A DNA stretch of 64,000 nucleotides from Deinococcus sp. (lineage in GTDB: Bacteria; Deinococcota; Deinococci; Deinococcales; Deinococcaceae): the NCBI GenBank assembly GCA_965261005.1, contig OZ253375.1:1088001-1152000 (forward strand), given 5' to 3'. The first letter of the stretch is position 1, and each line of letters opens with the position of its first letter. The position numbers were made by a program, and so were the translations under genes. Below are positions 55,120-64,000 of this stretch, one piece after another. Below the pieces are notes generated by a model. The model had not been told where the DNA came from, did no database searches, and saw only the letters and a list, made by a program, of their open reading frames with translations.

Positions 55120-55180
55120 GTGGAGTTTTCGGCTTACGATTGCGTATACTGCTTCTCGGACCGAGGGGCGGTTAGAGCTG

Positions 55181-55453
55181 ATGGACTTCGATTGGGACTT
55201 TGCCAACCTAGACCATATCGCCCGCCACAAGGTCGAACCGGACGAGGTGGAGGAAGCCGTTCAGGACCCAGACGCCGTCCCGTATCCCACACACCGAGGA
55301 CCGCAGGGCCAAGCACGCTATGCCGTTGTCGGCGCCACCGAAGCAGGCCGACTTCTCGTCGTCATTCTCGAAACCAGGGGCGATCAGGCCCGCGTCGTCA
55401 CTGCACGCCCTGCCAACGCGGTTGAACGCCGACCCTACGAAGCTCAGGAGTAA
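55181..55453 (+). CDS. BrnT-family toxin
   Basis: FDWD..N..HI.RH.V...E.EE, R....G.T..GR.L.V, RVVTAR. Confidence 0.85.
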   Translation: MDFDWDFANLDHIARHKVEPDEVEEAVQDPDAVPYPTHRGPQGQARYAVVGATEAGRLLVVILETRGDQARVVTARPANAVERRPYEAQE

Positions 55454-55455
55454 CC

Positions 55456-55815
55456 ATGTCCTACGATTACGACAACATGCCGGTCATCAATAGCCGCGAG
55501 GAAATTCCGGAAAACATGACTACAGAAGAAGCCGCCGACTTTTGGGACACGCACGCCCTTGGTCCCGGCCTCTTTGAGGAAGGCAAGAACGACCCCGAAG
55601 CCTGGGCGCTCCTCAATAAGATCGCCCCCCGCACTCGGCCCCGGCAACCGCGCCAGCCCAAGGCCACGCACGTCACCACCCTGCGCCTGGACGAGGACAT
55701 GCAGGCCCGGCTGAAGCGGGTCGCCGCGCTGAAGAAGGTGCCGTACCAAACGCTGCTCAAGCAGTTCGTGGGCGAGCGGTTGTATGAGGAGGAGAAGCGG
55801 CTGGGGGTGGTATGA
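55456..55815 (+). CDS. BrnA/CopG-like antitoxin
   Basis: EE.ADFWDTH; TLRLD.....RLK..A..K.VPYQTL.K ribbon-helix-helix. Confidence 0.85.
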   Translation: MSYDYDNMPVINSREEIPENMTTEEAADFWDTHALGPGLFEEGKNDPEAWALLNKIAPRTRPRQPRQPKATHVTTLRLDEDMQARLKRVAALKKVPYQTLLKQFVGERLYEEEKRLGVV

Positions 55816-55818
55816 AGG

Positions 55819-56073
55819 GTATCTGATTAGCGGGGGAGCTAGACAAGCTAACACAGCCTCTTTTTGCCGTCTTGGAGCAGCTTTCGCAAAGCTCGCCAAG
55901 CCAAATAACGCTCTAAAACCCTGATTGTAATTTATATCATTGGGGAAAAGCATGTCCAGCACGCTTATGTTTCAGACTAAAAGGCGAATCCAAATTTATA
56001 GATTTATCTGAAATAGCGCACTGGACGGCGAATTTCTCGGTAACTTTACAAACGAAGCGCGCCAATCAGATAC
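55819..56073. mobile_element. 255-bp MITE-like element bounded by IS66-type ends
   Basis: GTATCTGATTAGCG ... CGCCAATCAGATAC (13/14 IR); AT-rich interior with no transposase sequence. Confidence 0.65.
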
Positions 56074-56085
56074 CTCTCCCTGAAC

Positions 56086-56579
56086 GTGTCACCCTCTTTT
56101 ACCCTCCCCTCCACCTCTCCCGACGTGCACTTCGCCCTTGAGCGCGTGCGGGCGCCTGCCAACGCCCGGCTGTCCTGCATGGTCCCGGCGGACGCCCTGA
56201 ACGGCCCGGAGGGAGAGATACCCCCCGGCGTGCGGGCGTGGTGGTCATCTCTGGCGGCGGAGTTGCTGGCCGGGCCGGGTGGGGGCGCGTGGTGCTGGTA
56301 TCGGACGCGGGGCGGCGCTGGTTCCGGGCGCGCTACGACGTGCGGGAGGCCACGCCCGGGCGGGTGCTGGCGGCCGTGGAACAGGAGTGGGGCGGACCTT
56401 CCTCCGGCGGGCTGTTTACGCTGTGTTGGGGCACGGCCGAGGAGGCGACCCGGACACGCGGGCGCCTGGCCTGCCGGGGCGCGGCGTTCAGCGTGGCCGA
56501 TCAGCACGGGCTGTGCCTGTACGCGGAGGCCGCCGACTTGGAAAGGCTGAAAGCCTGTACTTCGCGCGACGAAGGGTAG
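56086..56579 (+). pseudogene. Probable frameshifted hypothetical protein
   Basis: Coding-like sequence switches from frame 56086 to frame 56238 near 56221-56240. Confidence 0.4.
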
Positions 56580-56646
56580 CGCCTTTTCCCCTATCCTCCC
56601 CCGTGCCCCAGCTGCCCGCTTTCCCAGAATTGCAGCTTTAAATTTG

Positions 56647-56664
56647 GTATGACTCGGTTATACT
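56647..56664 (+). promoter_or_regulatory. TA operator overlapping a leaderless -10
   Basis: GTATGAC-TCG-GTTATAC imperfect palindrome overlapping TATACT, 6 nt before ATG 56671. Confidence 0.6.
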
Positions 56665-56670
56665 CATTCA

Positions 56671-56907
56671 ATGAAGACCGCCATCTCCCTTGACGACCAG
56701 ACGTTCTCTGAAGCCGAAGCCTTGGCGCAAAAGTTAAGCCTGAGCCGCAGCGAACTGTACCGCGCCGCCCTACGGGAATACCTGGCACGCCACAGCGACC
56801 AGGACGTGACGGCGGCGCTCGACCGGGTGTACGAAGCGAATCCACAGCAAGACGACGACCTGCGGCGGGAGGCGGCGCGCCGAACGTTTGAGGCGAACGA
56901 GTGGTGA
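56671..56907 (+). CDS. Ribbon-helix-helix antitoxin (ChpI-like)
   Basis: MKTAISL.D..F..AE..A......RSELY..AL.EY; overlaps the toxin start. Confidence 0.85.
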   Translation: MKTAISLDDQTFSEAEALAQKLSLSRSELYRAALREYLARHSDQDVTAALDRVYEANPQQDDDLRREAARRTFEANEW

Positions 56908-57245
56908 TTGTTCGCGGCGAGATTTGGTGGGCCGATTTGGGCGCGCCCGTGGGCAGCCGTCCGGCGTTTGTTCGCCCGGTATTGGTGGTGCAGGCGGACA
57001 GCTTCAATCGCAGCCGTCTTGCGACGGCCATTGTTGCCGTCCTGACCAGCAATCTCGCTTTGGCGTCCGCTCCGGGCAACGTCTTCTTGGAAACTCACCG
57101 CACAAAACTACCCAAAGACAGCGTGGTCAACGTTTCCGCACTGCTTGCCTTGAACAAGGCTGAGCTAACGGAACGGATTTCGGAATTGAGCGTGGCGGCC
57201 ATGCGGGAAGTGGACGCCGGGCTGCGGCTGGTGCTGGGCCTGTAG
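56904..57245 (+). CDS. PemK/MazF-family endoribonuclease toxin
   Basis: RGEIWWA.L....GS.P...RP.LVVQ.D.FN, LTSN. Confidence 0.92.
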   Translation: MIVRGEIWWADLGAPVGSRPAFVRPVLVVQADSFNRSRLATAIVAVLTSNLALASAPGNVFLETHRTKLPKDSVVNVSALLALNKAELTERISELSVAAMREVDAGLRLVLGL

Positions 57246-57260
57246 CCTTATCCTTCCCCC

Positions 57261-57464
57261 ATGCCCCCTTCGCGCGCCCAGATTCATCCCGGCCTCAGCG
57301 TGGACATCGTACAAAAGCAGGACCAGCCCAGCGGCAAGCTGACGCGCGGCGTGGTGGCGCAGCTGCTCACGCGCTCCAGCACCCATCCGCACGGGATCAA
57401 GGTCCGGCTCACAAGCGGCCAGGTGGGGCGGGTGCAGGCGGTGGTGGCAGAAAACCCGGCGTGA
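57261..57464 (+). CDS. YwbE-family small protein
   Basis: V.IV.K.DQ.SG.LT.G.V...LT.S..HPHGIKV.L..GQVGRV. Confidence 0.85.
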   Translation: MPPSRAQIHPGLSVDIVQKQDQPSGKLTRGVVAQLLTRSSTHPHGIKVRLTSGQVGRVQAVVAENPA

Positions 57465-57592
57465 TGGGTTCACCTTTTCCCGCTTGGCCCCGGCGTAGAC
57501 TTGAGCGTGAACCTCGCCGAGCTGAACATTCGATCTGAGACGCCGCAAGGGGCGGGGGGGCACACCGAACGCCCCGCCCCACTTCTCCCCGC

Positions 57593-59010
<1,418 letters not shown>

Positions 59011-59011
<1 letters not shown>

Positions 59012-60207
59012 TGACGCAGCTGCTCTTCAGAGAAGACGCCTACGCCACCAGTTTTGAGGCGAAGGTGCTCATGGTCGAAGGTCGGCGCGTCCTGCTCGAC
59101 CGCACCCTGTTCTACCCCGAGGCCGGCGGCCAGAGCGCGGACGTGGGGCAGCTCAGCTGGGACGGCGGCACGGCCCACGTGACCGACGTGCAAAAGGGCG
59201 AGGGCGGCGTGTGGCACGCGCTGGAGGGGGACTTGCCGGAGGGCGGCGCGGGCGTGGCGGGCAAGCTCGACTGGGCCGCGCGCTACCGCCACATGCAGCG
59301 CCACACAGGAGAGCATCTGCTGGCGCAGGCGTTTCTGCGGGTGAACCCCGCCTTCAAGGTGCGGGCCGTCAGCATGCGCGGGCCGCACTGCACGCTGGAT
59401 TTGGAGGGTGAACCGACCGACGCGGACGCACGAACCGCTGAAGAAATATTGCAAGACATCTTCGCCCGCGACCTGCCCGTCGAGACCTTCGAGGTGCCAG
59501 AGGGCGAACTGGGCCAGTATCCGTTGCGCCGCCCGCCGCAGGTGTCGGGCACGGTGCGCCTGGTCGGCGTGCGGGAGGGGGACGGCTGGTGGGAGATGAG
59601 CGCCTGCGGGGGCACCCATTTGAAGTCGAGCGCCTTTGCGGCCCCGCTGGCAGTGCTGAGCCTGGAACGGATCAAGGCGGGCCTGACCCGCGCGACCTTT
59701 GTGGCGGGGGAAGAGGCGGCGGGGGAGCTGGGCCGGGTGTACCGCGCCGCCCGCAGCGTGGCGCGTTCCCTCAGCGTGCCGGTCGAAAAGTTGGAGGAGC
59801 GCTTCGCGGCGCTGCGGGAAGAGGGGGTCAGGTTGAGGGCGGAGTTGGAGCGCGCGCACACAGACCTGGCCCGCGCGCTGGTCGAGGCGGCTCCTGTACA
59901 AGCGCTGCCGAACGGCCTGAGCGTCCGCTTTGTGCATGTCCCCGAGGCCGACTTGGTCACGCCCGCGCTGGGCGTGCTGGCGACCCTCCCGAACGCCTTG
60001 GGCGCCGTTGTCGCCGGAAACGGACGTTGCGGCGCGGTTAGCAGCGTGCCGGAGCTGCACGCGGGCAAGCTGCTCGGCGAGTGGCTGGCCGTCGCCGGCG
60101 GGCGCGGCGGGGGCAAGGCGGACGTGGCACAAGGGCAGACCGGGGACGCGCTCGCCTTTGGGCGCGCCGTCCAGGCCAGCTGGGTAAGCCTTTGTACCCT
60201 GGAGTAA
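59011..60207 (+). CDS. AlaX-family alanyl-tRNA editing protein with C-Ala/DHHA1 tail
   Basis: LDRTLFYPE.GGQ..D.G, HMQRHTGEH, CGGTH, GGRGGGK. Confidence 0.9.
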
Positions 60208-60245
60208 GTAAATTGTGAGAACTCTTGGCTTAAGCTGTGCGGAAT

Positions 60246-60440
60246 ATGACGTCCCTGACCGAGCCACAAGACCGCGCCGCCGAGGAGGAGTTGGAGGCCG
60301 TGTTGGAGGCCCTGCCCGCCGGCACGCGGCAGATCGGGTTTTACTCGTACGGCGAGTTGGCGCCCAACCCCGGCGGCTCGTGCGACTTGCACAACCAAGC
60401 CATGACGCTCACAGTAATTTATGAACACGGTGATGTATGA
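60246..60440 (+). pseudogene. C-terminal remnant of a FIST sensory protein (64 aa)
   Basis: EELEAV...GFYSYGE.AP......LHNQ.MT.T is the FIST_C signature; ATGA overlap with the next gene. Confidence 0.7.
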
Positions 60441-62509
60441 ACGGTGAGCGAAAAGGCGGAGACGCGGCGCTGCACCAGCTGCTGAAGCGGCAACTGCGCC
60501 GGCTCGGTTTGAACGGCGAGACGCCGCCGGACGCGGCGGCTTGGCCCGCCTTGCTCAGGGCCGTTCACCACGCCTACCAAGAGGGTGACCAGGACCGCTA
60601 CCTGCTGAAGCGCTCGCTGACCGTGTCCTCCGAGGAGATGCAGGCGCTCTACCAAAACCTGCACGCCGCTTCCGAGGCGCTGCTTTTGCAGGAGCGCGCC
60701 AAGCTGAGCGAAAGCGAGGCGCGCTACCAAGCGGTGGTCGAGGGCGTGGGTGAGGTGATCTTCCAAACCGACGCTTCGGGCGCGTGGTCGTTTCTGAATC
60801 CCGCTTGGAAGACCATCACCGGCTTCCCCGTCGAGGATTCGCTGGGCGTCCGGGCGCTGCGCTTTCTCTGTCCGGACGACCGGGCGCGGGTGCTGGCAGG
60901 ACTCACGGCGTCGGGAACGGAGGGTTGGCAAGGCGAGGCCAGGTACACGACGCGGGGCGGCGAGCTGCGCTGGATCGAGGTGCGCGTCCGGCCGGCCTTT
61001 GTGGACGGTCAGCTGAGCGGCGCGAGCGGCACGCTGAGCGACATCGACGCCCGCAAGCGCGCCGAGCAGGCGCTCGCGGATGCGGGCGCGCTGTACCAAG
61101 GCGAGTTGGAGGGGCGCGTCAAGGCGCGCACCGACGAGCTGGTGCGCCTGAACGCCCAGCTTCAGCACGACGCCTTTCACGACGCCCTGACCGGGCTGCC
61201 GAACCGCGCGCTGCTCAAGGACCGGCTCGGGCAGGCCATCGAGCGCCATCAGCGTCAGTCCGGCGGCGGTTTCGCCGTTTTGTTCCTCGACTTCGACCGC
61301 TTCAAGGTGATCAACGACTCGCTGGGCCACACCGCCGGCGACGCGCTGCTGCGCGCCCTCGGAGCGCGCCTGCGCGGCTGCGTGCGTCCGGGCGACACGG
61401 TGGCGCGCTTGGGCGGCGACGAGTTCGTGGTGCTGCTCGAAGACGTGAACCTTGAGCGCGCCGTGTACACCGCCGGGCGCGTTCAGGAAGCGCTGCGCCG
61501 ACCCTTCGAGCTGGAGGAAAAGAGCGTGCGCATGTCCGCCAGCATCGGCGTCGTGGGCGGCGACCCGGAGTACCGCAGCCCGGAGGAGGTGCTGCGCGAC
61601 GCCGACATCGCCATGTACCGCGCCAAGGCGCTGGGCAAAGCCGGGCATCAGGTGTTCACCCGCCAGATGCGCGAACAGGCGCTGAGCCTGATGGCGCTGG
61701 AAAGCGATCTGCGCGCGGCCGTGCAGGGCGGGGAACTTCAGATTCACTATCAGCCCATCGTGGCGCTCCAAAGCGGCCGGCCGGTGGGCTTCGAGGCGCT
61801 GGCGCGCTGGAACCATCCCACCCTGGGCGCCGTGCCCCCGGCGCAATTCGTGCCCATCGCCGAGGAAACCGGCCTGATCACCGAACTCGACCGCTTGGTG
61901 CTGCGCGAGGCATGTAGGCAGGTGCGCGCGTGGCAGCGCCAGTTTCCGGCGCTGCCCCCGCTGACGCTGAGCGTCAACTTCTCGGGCCAGCAGTTCGGGC
62001 ACCCCGATCTGCACGAGCGCGTGGAGGAAATTCTGCGGGAAACCGGCTTCGATCCGCGCGACCTCAAAATCGAGATCACCGAGAGCGTGCTGATGCAGAA
62101 CCTGGAGGTGGTGGACGCCACCTTGGCGCGGCTCAAGGCCCTGGGCGTGCAGCTGTACATCGACGACTTCGGCACGGGTTACTCCTCGCTCGGGTACTTG
62201 CAGCGCTACCCGGTGGACACCATCAAGATTGACCGCTCGTTTATCGAGGGCATGGGCCGTACCCCGGAGGGGGCCGAGCTGGTGCGCACCATCCTGACCA
62301 TGGCGGAGAACCTGAACCTCAAGGTGGTCGCCGAGGGCATCGAGTCGCTGGGCCAACTGGAGCAGTTGCAGGCGCTCAACTGTACCTACGGCCAGGGCTA
62401 CTACTTTTCCAAGCCGCTCGATTCGCTGTCCGCCACCTCGCTGCTTGAGGGCGACCAAGCGGCGGCCCAACTGGCCTTGGAGCCGCTGGCGTCCGAACTT
62501 TGGGCTTGA
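60437..62509 (+). CDS. PAS-GGDEF-EAL diguanylate cyclase/phosphodiesterase
   Basis: PAS/PAC; D.LTGLPNR, RPGD near GGDEF; EAL, DDFGTGYSS, KID.SF, EG.E, QG. Confidence 0.95.
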   Translation: MNGERKGGDAALHQLLKRQLRRLGLNGETPPDAAAWPALLRAVHHAYQEGDQDRYLLKRSLTVSSEEMQALYQNLHAASEALLLQERAKLSESEARYQAVVEGVGEVIFQTDASGAWSFLNPAWKTITGFPVEDSLGVRALRFLCPDDRARVLAGLTASGTEGWQGEARYTTRGGELRWIEVRVRPAFVDGQLSGASGTLSDIDARKRAEQALADAGALYQGELEGRVKARTDELVRLNAQLQHDAFHDALTGLPNRALLKDRLGQAIERHQRQSGGGFAVLFLDFDRFKVINDSLGHTAGDALLRALGARLRGCVRPGDTVARLGGDEFVVLLEDVNLERAVYTAGRVQEALRRPFELEEKSVRMSASIGVVGGDPEYRSPEEVLRDADIAMYRAKALGKAGHQVFTRQMREQALSLMALESDLRAAVQGGELQIHYQPIVALQSGRPVGFEALARWNHPTLGAVPPAQFVPIAEETGLITELDRLVLREACRQVRAWQRQFPALPPLTLSVNFSGQQFGHPDLHERVEEILRETGFDPRDLKIEITESVLMQNLEVVDATLARLKALGVQLYIDDFGTGYSSLGYLQRYPVDTIKIDRSFIEGMGRTPEGAELVRTILTMAENLNLKVVAEGIESLGQLEQLQALNCTYGQGYYFSKPLDSLSATSLLEGDQAAAQLALEPLASELWA

Positions 62510-62575
62510 GCACTTTGGGCTTGAGCGCTGCAAGAGGTGATACAACGGGGTAAACACCGAAAGGAAAACCACCCC

Positions 62576-63565
62576 ATGCGGACACTGATCACCTTGAGCC
62601 TCAGCGCGCTGCTCGGCGGGGCGCTGGCCCAACCGGCGCCAAGCGCCGCCGAAACGCTGATTCTAAGCGCCGTTCCCGGCACCCAGGTCGAGTACGTCGT
62701 CTCATACAAGATGCGGCTCGACAACTTGCAGTTCAGCTACGTGCCGCAGCCGGGCGTAACGCTGAGCGCCAAACAGCAGGCCGAGCTTACTCAGATGAAC
62801 GACCAACTGACGGCCCAGTTGCCCCAATTTACAGCGGCCCTGGAAAAAGCCGCCCAGAGCAGCCAATCCAAGGAGTTCATCAAGGTGCTGCCGAGGGATG
62901 AGCGCGGCAACAGCGTCCTGCAAACGACCTTGATCACGCCCGGCCAAAATGACAATGTGGCCAAAATCAAGACGTTCACCACGACCAAGCTCATTCAGAC
63001 CATCGCGCCGGACGGCCACATTCTGAAGCTCAACATTCAAACCAACGATCCGCAGCTTCAGCGCGTCTACAATGCCATGAATTCCGAGGAACTTTTAAAG
63101 AAGTTCAACCAAAACGGCCAGGGCGACCTCTACGGCCTGACCCTCCGGCCCGGCGAGACGCGGGGCAGCACCCAAACGCTGGACGTGGGCGCGCTGCTGG
63201 GCGGCCTCGGCGCCCTTATGGGCGGTGCCAGCTTCAAGGCCCAGCCGCTGACCATGAACGTCGCCACGACCTACCTCGGCAAGAGCGCGACGGGCGTTCG
63301 CAGCTACCAGCAGAGCTACACGTCCTCGCCTTGGAAGGTGAGCGTCAGCGTGCCCTCTCCGGGAAGCAAAAGTTCGGCGCTCGACATCAGTGCCACCAGC
63401 TCAAGCGGTCAGGGCGGCCAAAGCTACCGGCCCGACGGCCTGCCGCAGACCAGCGACAGCGTTCAGACGATTGGCATGGTTATAAGTTCAGACCTCCCCG
63501 ACATGCCGGCGCGTTCGGAGTTCCGCGTGGACATGATCATCGCCTCCAGCTTGGCGGCCCGCTGA
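62576..63565 (+). CDS. Secreted hypothetical protein
   Basis: Signal peptide MRTLITLSLSALLGGALA; long ORF with host codon bias. Confidence 0.75.
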   Translation: MRTLITLSLSALLGGALAQPAPSAAETLILSAVPGTQVEYVVSYKMRLDNLQFSYVPQPGVTLSAKQQAELTQMNDQLTAQLPQFTAALEKAAQSSQSKEFIKVLPRDERGNSVLQTTLITPGQNDNVAKIKTFTTTKLIQTIAPDGHILKLNIQTNDPQLQRVYNAMNSEELLKKFNQNGQGDLYGLTLRPGETRGSTQTLDVGALLGGLGALMGGASFKAQPLTMNVATTYLGKSATGVRSYQQSYTSSPWKVSVSVPSPGSKSSALDISATSSSGQGGQSYRPDGLPQTSDSVQTIGMVISSDLPDMPARSEFRVDMIIASSLAAR

Positions 63566-63603
63566 GCGACCCCGCCTTCCGGCGAGTGCTCTAGAATGCG
63601 GCC

Positions 63604-64000
63604 ATGAAGGCGCCTTCTCAGACAAGCGCAACGCAAGCGGTTCAGACGGTCGTGCTGGTGGACGGCCACGCGCTGGCCTACCGCTCGTACTTCGCCATCA
63701 GCGCGCTCACGACCAGCGGCGGCGAGTCGGTGCAGGCGATCTTCGGCTTTTTGCGCCAACTCCTGCGCCTGCTGCGCGGCGGCGAGCAGCAGGTGATCGT
63801 GGTGTTCGACGCGCCGGCGAAAACCTTCCGGCACGACCAGTTCGAGGGCTACAAGGCGGGGCGCGCCAAGACCCCCGACGATTTGCCCGGCCAGATTCGG
63901 CGCATTCGCACCTTGGTGGATTTGCTGGGACTCCAGCGTTTCGAGATGCCCGGCTACGAGGCCGACGACATCATCGGCACCATCGCCCTGCGCGCGGGGG
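63604..64000 (+). CDS. polA: DNA polymerase I, 5'-3' exonuclease N-terminus (partial)
   Basis: LVDGHALAYRSYFA, VVFDA...TFRH, YKAGR..TP, GYEADD; ATG 6 nt after TAGAAT. Confidence 0.93.
   Translation, partial: MKAPSQTSATQAVQTVVLVDGHALAYRSYFAISALTTSGGESVQAIFGFLRQLLRLLRGGEQQVIVVFDAPAKTFRHDQFEGYKAGRAKTPDDLPGQIRRIRTLVDLLGLQRFEMPGYEADDIIGTIALRAG

Noticed and set aside
62497..62526. Exact 15-bp tandem duplication ACTTTGGGCTTGAGC across the GGDEF-EAL stop
   Set aside because: Two copies only and no coding change; simple slippage, not CRISPR

Overview
High-GC chromosomal segment that looks Deinococcus-like, judging from the rpsB/tsf/purF proteins, the IS types and many leaderless genes. Positions 1-36.2 kb are a Wzx/Wzy-type exopolysaccharide island ending at the 3' end of a tRNA-Ile2/tRNA-Val pair. 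It carries a polymerase, GT4/GT2 transferases, a flippase, uxs/ugd/gmd/fcl, WecB/TagA, Wzc-like and WbaP-like genes, three secreted lipoprotein genes and an AfsR/SARP-like regulator, and is heavily hit by IS4 and single-ORF IS66 elements. Positions 36.5-47.4 kb are core genes (rseP, dxr, cdsA, frr, pyrH, tsf, rpsB, TPR gene, coaE, pyrG). Positions 47.4-51.5 kb are a minor-pilin/tip-protein cluster. Positions 51.7-57.5 kb are a toxin-antitoxin/IS patch with a purL remnant. The window ends with purF, AlaX, a FIST remnant, a PAS-GGDEF-EAL gene and the start of polA. Main discovery: seven promoters of the EPS island share an exact heptamer-N4-heptamer-N8-(-10) layout (proximal heptamer TA[A/G]CGCC-like). 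This is the geometry of Streptomyces SARP activator sites and points to a SARP-controlled polysaccharide regulon. Other leads are a full-length Fcl paralogue with all catalytic motifs replaced, a possible CTP-sensing start-site-switch attenuator ahead of pyrG, and a leaderless uORF coupled to SD-less purF. All product calls come from motif reading only; no searches were run.
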